IMG/VR virus record: IMGVR_UViG_3300043399_000272
Location: 1-64,000 of that record
DNA length: 64,000 nucleotides
Strand: one strand, 5' to 3'
A program made the position numbers and the translations under genes. This document shows, in pieces, positions 43,027 through 53,200 of this stretch (within the stretch, counting starts at the first letter, position 1; every line of letters begins with the position of its first letter). The notes beneath the pieces were generated by a model, which worked only from the letters and a program-made list of their open reading frames with translations, did not search any database and was not told where the DNA came from.

Positions 43027-43624
43027 CATAAAAGAACTACCTAATGTACATTTTGACTATAATGAGTTATTGGACTATTTCAATAATGTAGTTAAAAACA
43101 ACGAACAGTTAAGATTTACTATCCCGCCCAGAGATTTATCTATTGACCAAAATATATATCCTCCAAATTTTGATGATAGTGTGGGTATATATGGCTATGG
43201 AATACAAAGCAATTTAGACGATGTTACGAAACCATTAGTTCCGCCCGGTGATTTTAAACAGATAAAAAGCAAGAATAGTTTTACTAAGCCCACTGTATTA
43301 TTACAGGGTTTCGCACAAAAATTATTAGATGCGTTTCCATATTGTGAAGAACTGGGTATAACTTGTCATATACCCGGTAGTAAACTTCACCCGCATATAG
43401 ATAAAGATAATCATATGCGTATACATTTACCTATTCAATCTACAGATAAAAGTTATTTTATATATGAGAATAGGTATGTTTTAGAGCCCGGAAAATGTTA
43501 TCTAGTTAATACTAAACGAACACATAGTACAGAAAATCACGGTGACTTAGATAGAATACATTTACTATTCAAAGTCCCATTAGATAAGATTGACGAGATT
43601 ATCTCAAAAGACTATTGGGTATAA
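43016..43624 (+). CDS. Asp/Asn beta-hydroxylase-like oxygenase
   Basis: HID...RIHLP...HSTEN...RIH. Confidence 0.8.
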   Translation: MNFDIKELPNVHFDYNELLDYFNNVVKNNEQLRFTIPPRDLSIDQNIYPPNFDDSVGIYGYGIQSNLDDVTKPLVPPGDFKQIKSKNSFTKPTVLLQGFAQKLLDAFPYCEELGITCHIPGSKLHPHIDKDNHMRIHLPIQSTDKSYFIYENRYVLEPGKCYLVNTKRTHSTENHGDLDRIHLLFKVPLDKIDEIISKDYWV

Positions 43625-44213
43625 TCTTACTTCGTTCTTCTAAATAGAATTCGTGGTTTACTTTATATATGTTTTGAGTTGTATTGTATAGTACAACATT
43701 TTCTTTATATAAAGACCAAAAGCCACGTTTCTCCATTAATGGCATAATAGTCTTATTCATCTTATAAGATTTAGCGCCTTGATTACTATTTACGTTAGTT
43801 GATATAAAGAACTTAGCATTTGGATTTATATCCAATATGTCTAAAATCTGTACGTATAAAAAATATCCAAAGTGTATCTTTATAGCGTTTTTGAATAGAT
43901 TGCTACATAATGTAGGCATGTAACCTGGCAATTGTGCGCCACGAAACAAACAACGATAGCTGTCAGGATCAACTTCTGGTAAGTGATGTACTCCGGCGAT
44001 ACTGAATATGTTGCCCCTATCGATATCTACTGCGATGTGATATTTGCCATAGGGCATTTTCATCTGCTCTAGTTTCATCGCTTTGAAACTAGAGTTATTA
44101 ACATAGCCTAATGTGCTACATAACTCACAGAAGATTTGAAGTCTATCATAATATTCTTCCGTGAGTTCTACAATTTTAAATCTGGGTTTTCCAGGTACTA
44201 TTAACGGCAGCAT
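43599..44213 (-). CDS. hypothetical protein (possibly GNAT-like)
   Basis: ORF track; YRCLFRG motif. Confidence 0.6.
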   Translation of the reverse strand: MLPLIVPGKPRFKIVELTEEYYDRLQIFCELCSTLGYVNNSSFKAMKLEQMKMPYGKYHIAVDIDRGNIFSIAGVHHLPEVDPDSYRCLFRGAQLPGYMPTLCSNLFKNAIKIHFGYFLYVQILDILDINPNAKFFISTNVNSNQGAKSYKMNKTIMPLMEKRGFWSLYKENVVLYNTTQNIYKVNHEFYLEERSKIIPNSLLR

Positions 44214-44826
44214 TTTTCCTACGTAGATATTTTTTAGTATTTACATCAAACAAATCGCCGGTGTGAAAACCATTGACAACGCATTCACCCTCATCGGTAA
44301 ATTCGATTGAATACCCGTCACGTGGCTTAAAGTCAAACTCAGTACCATTGTATGCGACAAAAACGGGAGGGGGCAATTCTGTACTACCATACCAGTTTGC
44401 TACAGTCTGTACTCCTTTGTTACGCAATGAATCAATCATTTCTTGGGGCACATCCATGCTACCCATAGTCATATATTTTACACAACTCATGTCTAAGTTA
44501 TGCCATTCTTTTGTTCCATTCAACACTTCCACGTGTTTGGGAATCAATGCGATATGTGTAGGTCTATACGTATTGAAAAGTTTTGTATATGTATAGGGAT
44601 CAAAGTTAGCAGAGATAAGTTTAGCTGACGACAACTGGGCGGGTAATGCTGAAATTGTATAGTGTGCTATAACGTTGCTAGGAAAGATATTCAATACAGT
44701 ATCATTGCTAGTCATGTTCATTTCTTGTATACTACGATACGCACATTTATAGATATACTCCCAAGAATGTTGTATCTCTTTAGGTTCTTTAGTACTACCG
44801 GACGTGTGAAGGATTAAGTTGCTCAT
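44176..44826 (-). CDS. minimal AMP-binding (adenylate-forming) enzyme
   Basis: TSGSTKEPK, YGSTE and TGD motifs. Confidence 0.8.
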   Translation of the reverse strand: MSNLILHTSGSTKEPKEIQHSWEYIYKCAYRSIQEMNMTSNDTVLNIFPSNVIAHYTISALPAQLSSAKLISANFDPYTYTKLFNTYRPTHIALIPKHVEVLNGTKEWHNLDMSCVKYMTMGSMDVPQEMIDSLRNKGVQTVANWYGSTELPPPVFVAYNGTEFDFKPRDGYSIEFTDEGECVVNGFHTGDLFDVNTKKYLRRKNAAVNSTWKTQI

Positions 44827-45656
44827 AGTGATTTTATTATCATGTTATGCGCTATGCTATGTATACCAATACCCGGATGACCTGTATAACTATCACCTAA
44901 TAGTCTAACGTCTCGGGCATAGCAGAAATTAATGTCTGATGAATTAGTATCAACATCTACTATGTTGGGTACGTTTTGTTTCGCAAAACTGTCGTGTTTT
45001 TCGAAACTAATTTCTATCAGTTTTATACCTAATCTTTTACATGTAGCTCTAACCATGTGTTGGTATATGTTTGCTTCTTGGTAATAGAAATCAGCATCAC
45101 GCATCTTATTATACAATTCTATTTGAGGGTTGTACATACTATCGGGTAAATGCTTACCATAACATAGTACAAACTTGTCTTTAACGTAAAACGTATATCC
45201 AGTACAAGGAGCATATTCCATCACTAGAATTTTAGGTAGTTTGTACCCACTGTTAATTAAGTTAAAGAAGTTGATTACTTGTGCCTTACAGCTATAAGTT
45301 GCTCCGGCGCAATTTATAAAGTCTAAGTTAAGTTCTTTGGCTACTGTATTACTAAATCTATCATCTTCGTGTAGTCCTATACCCATTGAATAGCTAGTAC
45401 CACTAAAGAAGATGTAATTATCATCTACTTGATTTAGATTTTTACTCATACGTAACCCGTCACTATTAAACGTGTAGGTTATTTCTTTGTCAAGGTAGAT
45501 CCAATTTGTTCTATTCTTTTTGTTTCGTTCGAATAGTTGTTCGGTGTCAGTTGCATAAAAGTTTGTTGTGATGTTAGGAACCATAGATTCGTGCCTGTAT
45601 GGAAACGAATATATGGGTAAGTCAACTACAGTGTTTAATACAACTTTATTTTCCAT
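44823..45656 (-). CDS. SGNH-like hypothetical protein
   Basis: FN..G.R, GTSYSMGIG, HPG...H. Confidence 0.6.
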   Translation of the reverse strand: MENKVVLNTVVDLPIYSFPYRHESMVPNITTNFYATDTEQLFERNKKNRTNWIYLDKEITYTFNSDGLRMSKNLNQVDDNYIFFSGTSYSMGIGLHEDDRFSNTVAKELNLDFINCAGATYSCKAQVINFFNLINSGYKLPKILVMEYAPCTGYTFYVKDKFVLCYGKHLPDSMYNPQIELYNKMRDADFYYQEANIYQHMVRATCKRLGIKLIEISFEKHDSFAKQNVPNIVDVDTNSSDINFCYARDVRLLGDSYTGHPGIGIHSIAHNMIIKSL

Positions 45657-45667
45657 TATTTGATGGC

Positions 45668-46234
45668 TTAATTTTTTTCCTCATTGTCATCAATACAAAT
45701 CCAACCCAATTTCAGTAAGTCTTCTCGCACTTCATCGGTGACTACGCTTTCACTGACAAATTGAGTTTTAGTGTATAGATAATACTCTTGTTGCTCTTTA
45801 GATAATTCATTGTATTCTTCGTCAGAAATATCGTTGCGAATGCCAGAACAATACCAATCAATATAGTCACCTTTCTCAACCATATTAGCAAGAATGCCAC
45901 CAGCACAGCGCCAGCTAGCGGACCAGCGCTTATTGGTTAAGATAGGCCATACATCATTTTTAATAAATTCATTATTACACATCGCGGCATATAGATTTTG
46001 TGCATATGCTTCACTTGCTTTAGCTTTGTCACAAATCCACTTAGTGGAGCGAAGGTCATACTCCATGTTGTCTACTTTCCATTCGTCAGTAGCTTCATGT
46101 TCTCTACGTAGCTCTTCCCAAGACTTATAAAACTCAATCATGTGTTGGGCTTCTTCGGGTGTTTTCTCACCTTCTTCAACACGTTTGAGTTCGCATTCAA
46201 TGTGGAATGATCCGCGATCTGGACTAGTATTCAT
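45668..46234 (-). CDS. conserved phage hypothetical protein
   Basis: YAQNLYAAMCN, GDYIDWYCSG. Confidence 0.75.
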   Translation of the reverse strand: MNTSPDRGSFHIECELKRVEEGEKTPEEAQHMIEFYKSWEELRREHEATDEWKVDNMEYDLRSTKWICDKAKASEAYAQNLYAAMCNNEFIKNDVWPILTNKRWSASWRCAGGILANMVEKGDYIDWYCSGIRNDISDEEYNELSKEQQEYYLYTKTQFVSESVVTDEVREDLLKLGWICIDDNEEKN

Positions 46235-46776
46235 TGCTTTTTATAGTTTTTTGCGTAAAAAATATGATTACCGATCTGAACTACTCTTTTGTGTGGCCAA
46301 TTAGGTTCAACACTTGTATTGTGGAAAAACAAAGTAGATTTTGTCACAACATCTTTGTATGCATCATGTACCATAACTTGATATGCGGTATCCATTGCTT
46401 TCAAATATCTAGGATCGTTTTTGTTTGGGGTTGTTTTACCCTCACATACCCAACTGAACTGACATATTTTTTTATCGTCAATTTTAGTTACTTGATATAT
46501 TACTTTGCATGGGTCAGCACCGAAACCGTGACGGACTCTATTCATAACAACTCTAGCTACTGCGGCTTGACCTGTAACAGTCTCTGACCCGGCTTCATAA
46601 AAAATATTGTTTGCCATACAAATAAGTTGCTTCATATCTATTTTTTTAACAGAATTGGCAATTTGGTCTGAGGTGTGTGCTATGTTAGTTTTTACCTTTG
46701 CGGGCATTAACAAACTAACAAAAATTAAAGAAAGTAATACTAAAATTTTAGTATTAACGTATAGAATGTGCTTCAT
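46231..46776 (-). CDS. cell wall hydrolase (SleB / Hydrolase_2)
   Basis: NIFYEAGSE, VVMNRV, QFSW, IGNHIFY. Confidence 0.9.
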   Translation of the reverse strand: MKHILYVNTKILVLLSLIFVSLLMPAKVKTNIAHTSDQIANSVKKIDMKQLICMANNIFYEAGSETVTGQAAVARVVMNRVRHGFGADPCKVIYQVTKIDDKKICQFSWVCEGKTTPNKNDPRYLKAMDTAYQVMVHDAYKDVVTKSTLFFHNTSVEPNWPHKRVVQIGNHIFYAKNYKKQ

Positions 46777-46855
46777 TGATTTCCTTTCCTCAGGCTACTA
46801 TAAGTATACGCCCGATTTTGAGTTTTGCACAATGATTTTGGTTATATAACCAAAA

Positions 46856-48889
46856 TCACAAATTGTCCCAACAATCGCAATTACACAATACAACTTGGTT
46901 AACTGCTTCGTCAGGAGTTACGACTGAATCGCACACTGGCTGAATCAGTATAGATAGATTTGTTGGTATTAGTGTCGTTTCACTTGAACCAGCAAGACTA
47001 CCCGGAATAGTTGCAGCACCAGTAACTATTGGTACATTACTTATCTGACTGCAACTCGTAAATCCATTGATAGGTAATTCGTTTAGTGTTTTTCCAGTTG
47101 GTCTTGGTAGTACCAACTCACTAGAACTGTTGACATCATTATCTTGTTCAGTTCCAGTAAGACCCAAACGAATAGCATTTCTAGCTTCACGCATGGCACC
47201 AATCGTACTATTACCACCAATGGTTGCTCTATTGCATATGTTTTCGATAACTAGTGCCATGCCCTTAACTTCAGTGTTTTGAGCATAACTATCTAAACTT
47301 TCTTCAAACGCAATGATATCCATACTAGTAGTTTCTAAATCACTAACATTAGGTATAGCGATACTCCTAGCTGTTTGTTCGATTTGCAAGAAAGAACCAA
47401 ACTGAGAATATGTAGCGTTTAATTGATTAGCTAATGTTGCTTTTGTATTTTTGATATTGGTAATTTCTTGATTAGCACGATTGATTAGTATCTGCATAGT
47501 TGAATAGTCAGTTGAATTCATGACCGTCAACATCTCATTGTATATTGCATCTAGTTGAAGTGACTGAACATTTTTAATTTGCGTTTGCAAATCTTCCCAA
47601 CGATAATGTAGATTTGTCATAGACCCGAAGAAATCACACATATTGTATGAGCCGTCACTGTTAGAGCCTTTAGCCAAACTGTTCAACACACTGTTTGCCA
47701 TTTGTGGATTAGTGGGTGTCGTAGTTCCGCTAATATTTACCAATCCCTCAGTATTTTCTAAGTTAAAAACTACTTGACTGAATTTTTCAATATTCATTGA
47801 CTGAATGTTTTTAATTTGTAACATAGCTAAACTAAATGCATCACACGTAGCTGCTAATTCGGCTGGCACCATGTTTCGTAGTCTAGTGCCTAGACTTACG
47901 CCTGAATTTAAATTAGGACTATTTCCTGAATAGATTAGATAATATGTCTTACTGTTAGTTGGTTGGACAGTTCCATTGAATACTGGGAAAGTTAATGTCT
48001 TATAACTATTGGGGAATAATTTCTTTACATCTAATAAATCTGCTAATGTTTCAAGTCCAATAGTTTGACAATTCAACGGAATCATTGCTTCAGCTAAGTC
48101 ATTACCCACGATGACACAAAATGCGCTGTACATCAAACGCTGTTGTTCTAACGTAGGTGTCTCGCCCTCTATCAGTCTTGTTAACATAGAAGTAGACATT
48201 CCAGCACTCAACAATGCTAGATTAATAGACTTAGTTAGTGCTTGATTTTTATATAACGTTCTTAACAGATTTACGGGTTCTCCAAACGTATTGATAGATG
48301 TTAAATCAATTGCTTTACCTAAAGTAATTAAATCTTGTCCCCAGTAGAATGTACTTAACGAAACACCAGTGATATCACTGGTAATCAAATCATTCATGTT
48401 ACTATAGATTCCGTCCAAGAAAGTAATGCTGTTATTAGCTGACTTTATTACATCATTGAGTTGATTTTTCTTAGAAAAACAGGTAGATAATGTATTAGTG
48501 AAGTCGCTGTAAGACCCGTTGTTTAGATAAAATTCATTATATGCTTGATATGGAATTAGTCGTAGCCATCCAAATCTTGTGATTTGACCTGTGTAAGTAT
48601 TGGTGTATGTCGATGGCTTGCTATTTCCTAATGCAGGGATCGTTGTACTTCCAATAGAAATTAAGTTCTGGTATACGGTTGAAGAAATTCCAGAACCAAT
48701 CTTTTGATAAGCTAGATTAATTACAGTTGATAATTTTGCTAACACAGTTGATGAGACTGTTGTACCCTGAGTATAGTTGCTTAAAGATGTGCTTGAACCC
48801 ATATAGGTGACTGCATCTGAATTAATGTTAAATCCAGAATTTTGTAATAGGTCCCCTAAGGAATTAATCTTTAACGGTGTTAGACTCAT
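46856..48889 (-). CDS. putative baseplate/tail structural protein
   Basis: 677 aa, S/T/N-rich, coupled to the PAAR gene. Confidence 0.6.
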   Translation of the reverse strand: MSLTPLKINSLGDLLQNSGFNINSDAVTYMGSSTSLSNYTQGTTVSSTVLAKLSTVINLAYQKIGSGISSTVYQNLISIGSTTIPALGNSKPSTYTNTYTGQITRFGWLRLIPYQAYNEFYLNNGSYSDFTNTLSTCFSKKNQLNDVIKSANNSITFLDGIYSNMNDLITSDITGVSLSTFYWGQDLITLGKAIDLTSINTFGEPVNLLRTLYKNQALTKSINLALLSAGMSTSMLTRLIEGETPTLEQQRLMYSAFCVIVGNDLAEAMIPLNCQTIGLETLADLLDVKKLFPNSYKTLTFPVFNGTVQPTNSKTYYLIYSGNSPNLNSGVSLGTRLRNMVPAELAATCDAFSLAMLQIKNIQSMNIEKFSQVVFNLENTEGLVNISGTTTPTNPQMANSVLNSLAKGSNSDGSYNMCDFFGSMTNLHYRWEDLQTQIKNVQSLQLDAIYNEMLTVMNSTDYSTMQILINRANQEITNIKNTKATLANQLNATYSQFGSFLQIEQTARSIAIPNVSDLETTSMDIIAFEESLDSYAQNTEVKGMALVIENICNRATIGGNSTIGAMREARNAIRLGLTGTEQDNDVNSSSELVLPRPTGKTLNELPINGFTSCSQISNVPIVTGAATIPGSLAGSSETTLIPTNLSILIQPVCDSVVTPDEAVNQVVLCNCDCWDNL

Positions 48890-49167
48890 GGTACGTAAAC
48901 GTCTGGACTACCTTCAACTATGCTATGACCACAACTATTTCCCGATCCAACTCTTAACACAGGATCACCTTCAGCAAATACAGTAGGGCTTCCGTCGGTT
49001 GTAGTCGCATTTTTGTGTGGGGGGTGTGGTCTACCGTAAGGTGCGTGAGGAGTAATAGGACTAACGTGTAACCCAACTGGTTTTCCATTTGCAAACACTG
49101 TTCCGGCACCACGAATAATCTTTCCGCCGGTTGTGTTTTGATCTCCTTGTCTGCTTAATGCTGGCAT
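48886..49167 (-). CDS. PAAR spike-tip protein
   Basis: GSPTVFAEG.PV.RVG...CGH...GSPDV. Confidence 0.85.
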   Translation of the reverse strand: MPALSRQGDQNTTGGKIIRGAGTVFANGKPVGLHVSPITPHAPYGRPHPPHKNATTTDGSPTVFAEGDPVLRVGSGNSCGHSIVEGSPDVYVP

Positions 49168-49168
49168 T

Positions 49169-49468
49169 TTATCCTAATATAATTTTTTTCTCAGGAACTT
49201 TAATTCCTGTAGTCGCTTCTAGGTACTTCATTTTAACACTATCTTCTGCTTCACAGTACATAGCAATACTATTAATATTTATCATGACGGATGATCCAGG
49301 GTCTGCGGTAAACAAACTGGGAATTAATCCAACTCCCTGTGCGCTAGGTGCAACTGATAATGGGTCTGTGACTGAGATATAATTATCTTTAGTCTCTGCG
49401 ACCTTAGCAATCATTTCTTCGCCTGAATTAAATTTAAGGGTATAAACTTTACCTACTTCTATTGTCAT
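49169..49468 (-). CDS. Sm-like phage protein
   Basis: TLKFNSGEEMIAK and C-terminal TTGIKVP. Confidence 0.6.
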   Translation of the reverse strand: MTIEVGKVYTLKFNSGEEMIAKVAETKDNYISVTDPLSVAPSAQGVGLIPSLFTADPGSSVMININSIAMYCEAEDSVKMKYLEATTGIKVPEKKIILG

Positions 49469-49698
49469 TATTTGCTTTCTGTTAATTTTTGTTTAAGTTC
49501 TGTGAATCCACCAATTAATTCACCATCTAAAAAGATTTGCGGAACGGTTCTTGCTGTAGGAACTGCTTCTAATAAATCTTCTTTCGTGTATCCATCACCG
49601 ATTTTACGTTCTTCGTATTGGATTCCTTTTTGTGTTAGTAATGCCTTTGCTTGTTCGCAGTAGGGGCATTGATATTTGCTCCACACTATAGCTTTCAT
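49468..49698 (-). CDS. glutaredoxin
   Basis: CPYC, TVPQIF, IGGF. Confidence 0.95.
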   Translation of the reverse strand: MKAIVWSKYQCPYCEQAKALLTQKGIQYEERKIGDGYTKEDLLEAVPTARTVPQIFLDGELIGGFTELKQKLTESK

Positions 49699-49708
49699 AA
49701 TATTTCCT

Positions 49709-50011
49709 TTATTTTTTAGTTTTTTCGGGTAGTTTAATCACACATGGACTATCAATTTTTACACTCATTTGGTGTACGGACTGACTCCATGACAACAATT
49801 TGTCTGATAGCCAATCTAAAAACTTGACCCTAATGCATCGTTCTTTTTGTTCAATACGTTGCAGATTGTTCCAAACACTAAGAGTAGTGTCTTTAGCTTG
49901 AGCCCATTCGCGGCGTTTGCTTTCTTTTAGTATATATTCCGTCGTTTCTTTTGCTATTTCTACACGTTTTTGTTTTTCTTCTGGGGTTAATTCTTGTGTT
50001 GTTGACGACAT
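49709..50011 (-). CDS. hypothetical protein
   Basis: AAGGAG SD. Confidence 0.7.
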   Translation of the reverse strand: MSSTTQELTPEEKQKRVEIAKETTEYILKESKRREWAQAKDTTLSVWNNLQRIEQKERCIRVKFLDWLSDKLLSWSQSVHQMSVKIDSPCVIKLPEKTKK

Positions 50012-50221
50012 AGTAACTCCTTAATATATTATATATAGTCTATTGAAAAATGTAAAGTATTAATTGTTAAAAGTGGGAGTTTATCCAAATTTGATAAATA
50101 ATAGATAAAAGAATAAATTTTGCCTAGTAACTTGTATAGAGGAACGAAGATGGCGTGGTATGAGGACTGTTGTCCTTTGCTGGCTACCTGTATATAAGTT
50201 ATAGCAGTATAAGGATAAAAC

Positions 50222-53200
50222 ATGGCCATTAAAGTTTGTAATACCACAATCATCAACAACAGTTGTCAACTAGATAACGTTCAAAACTTCAATGCATCGG
50301 GGACTAACTTCTTTGCTGGAACCAATGCAGGTAGTTGCAATAACGCTAGCGGCGTAAATAACACATTTATCGGGTCTGGTGCAGGCCAAGCTAACACTTC
50401 TGGTAATAACAACACATTCATTGGTTTAAATGCTGGCCAATGCAACACTACCGGCAATCACAACTTCTTTGCAGGACAATGTGCTGGTTTTAAGAATACA
50501 ACTGGTATCAATAATATCTTCATCGGTCAAAACACTGGTAGGTGTAATACCACAGGAACTTATAATACTTTCATAGGATATGGCGCTGGCGGATATAACG
50601 TTTCAGGTCGTAATAACGTCTTTATAGGAAAAAATGCCGGTAACACCAACTCATACGGTAATAAAAACGTCTTTATAGGTGAAACGGCTGGTCAGAACAA
50701 TTCAATAGGTAAATATAATACTTTCGTCGGGGCGGGCGCGGGTTATAGTAATACAACCGGTTGCGGTAATACCTTGATCGGTTATTACGCTGGTAACAGT
50801 ACTACATCAGGGGTAGATAATACTTTTATAGGTAAATATGCAGGGCGCTATAATACATTTGGTAATTTTAACGTCTTTTTAGGATGTAGCGCTGGTTTAA
50901 AAAACACAACCGGTATTAACAACTTCTTCGCTGGTCAGTGTGCAGGTTTATGTAACACAACCGGTACTAACAACACATTTATTGGATGCAATGCAGGTTG
51001 TGCAGTAACAACTGGCAGTAATAACTTGATTATTGGATCTTATGCGGGCACTGCTGGACTAAGCAACACTATTCGTCTACAAGCAGGTACTCAGTGCTTA
51101 CAAGTTTCAGGTGGCTCATTAACAGTCAACGGAGCTGCTGTTGGTGGCTCAAGTGCATTCAATGTATGCAATACAACTAACATTGTAAGCTGTATCGGTG
51201 GTACAGGTGGTACTGGCACTGATAACTTCTTTGCTGGACAATGTGCAGGTTACAATAACACGACTGGTTGTAGCAACACCTTCATAGGTCAATGTGCTGG
51301 CTATTCTAACACAACTGGTGCATGTAATTTCTTTGTTGGTCAATGTGCTGGCTATTCTAACACAACTGGGTGTCATAACGTCTTTGCCGGTTTCTGTGCT
51401 GGTTATAGAAACACAAGCGGCGTAGATAATATATTTTTCGGCCGTCGTGCCGGTATGTGTAATACTACTGCTCAATCCAACGTATTTATAGGATATAATG
51501 CTGGATCCCGTAGTACAACCGGCGGTTCTAATACATTTATCGGAGCATCTGCTGGTGCATACAATGTATCAGGTACTAAGAATATATTTATTGGTGAAGG
51601 TGCAGGTTTAAGCAGCACATACGGTTCACAAAACATTTTTCTAGGAGAGAAAACAGGATTTTATAACATATCCGGTTGCTATAATACTTTCATTGGTGCC
51701 AGGGCTGGATATTGCAACACATCTGGTAATTACAACTTCTTTGCTGGAAAATGTGCGGGTTATAATAACACAACCGGTACTAACAACACATTCATTGGTT
51801 TAAATGCTGGCCAATGTAACACAACTGGTACTAACAACTTCTTTGCTGGACAATGTGCTGGTTTTAAGAATACAACCGGCAGCTGTAATGTCTTTATAGG
51901 ACAAAATGCTGGTCTATGTAACACAACCGGTACTGATAACTTCTTTGTTGGGGGTGAAGCTGGTTTATATAACACAACTGGTAAATATAACGTCTTTGCC
52001 GGGCGAGCTGCAGGTTGTAAAAATACCACCGGCGGAATAAACGTTTTTATAGGGTATCTAGCTGGCAGATTTAATACATCCGGTACTTATAATACTTTCA
52101 TCGGCGGCAATGCCGGTTACAGTAACACATTCGGAAAAAATAATACTTTCATCGGCGGCGCCGCCGGTTACAGTAACACAACCGGTAATTATAATACGTT
52201 TATAGGAAAAAATGCTGGCTACTGTAATACAACTGGAAGTAACAACTTTATCACTGGTTACTATGCAGGTTTCAAAACATCAACTGGTACTAATAACTTC
52301 ATTGCCGGTCTGTGTGCAGGTTATAATACCTCAAGTGGTACAAACAATACATTCCTTGGTTGCAATGCAGGTTGTAGTGTAACTACTGGTTCTAATAACT
52401 TAATCATTGGTAGTTATGCAGGTAGTGCTGGATTAAGCAACACTATTCGTCTACAAGCAGGTACTCAGTGTCTACAGGTATCAGGTGGCTCATTAACAGT
52501 CAATGGAGCTGCTGTTGGTGGTTCAAGTGCATTCAACGTATGCAACACAACTAACATCGTAAGCTGTATCAGCGGTACAGGTGGTACTGGTTCTGATAAC
52601 TTCTTTGCTGGTCTATGTGCTGGTTCGGCAACAACGACCGGTACTGATAACATCTTTATTGGTGAGTGTGCAGGCAGATGTAACACAACCGGAAGTTTTA
52701 ACTTTTTTGCAGGTATGTGTGCTGGTTTCAAAAATACAACTGGAATTAGAAATACTTTCATCGGTCGACAAGCTGGTTATTGTAACGTCACTGGTTGCCT
52801 CAATAATTATATAGGTGCCTATACCGGTTACTATGGAACTAGTGCTTCTTGGAATAATTTGTTCGGAGATCAAGCAGGATATGCTATAACAACTGGTTCA
52901 TGTAACAACTTAATGGGAGGCATTGCTGGAGGTAACATAACAACTGGTTGTAATAATCAGATGATGGGTTATGCTGCTGGAAGATATACTACTACAGGTT
53001 CTTTTAATGTATTTTTAGGTGGTTGTGCAGGTTTCCGTAATACAACTGGCCTTGGCAACATATCTATAGGTCTATGTGCTGGTGCTTGTAACACAACCGG
53101 TAAATATAACACAATAATAGGTTACAAGTCAGGAGTGTGCAGTAACTCAGTCAATAATGTCTTTATAGGTACATATACAGGTTACTTCACTACAACCGGC

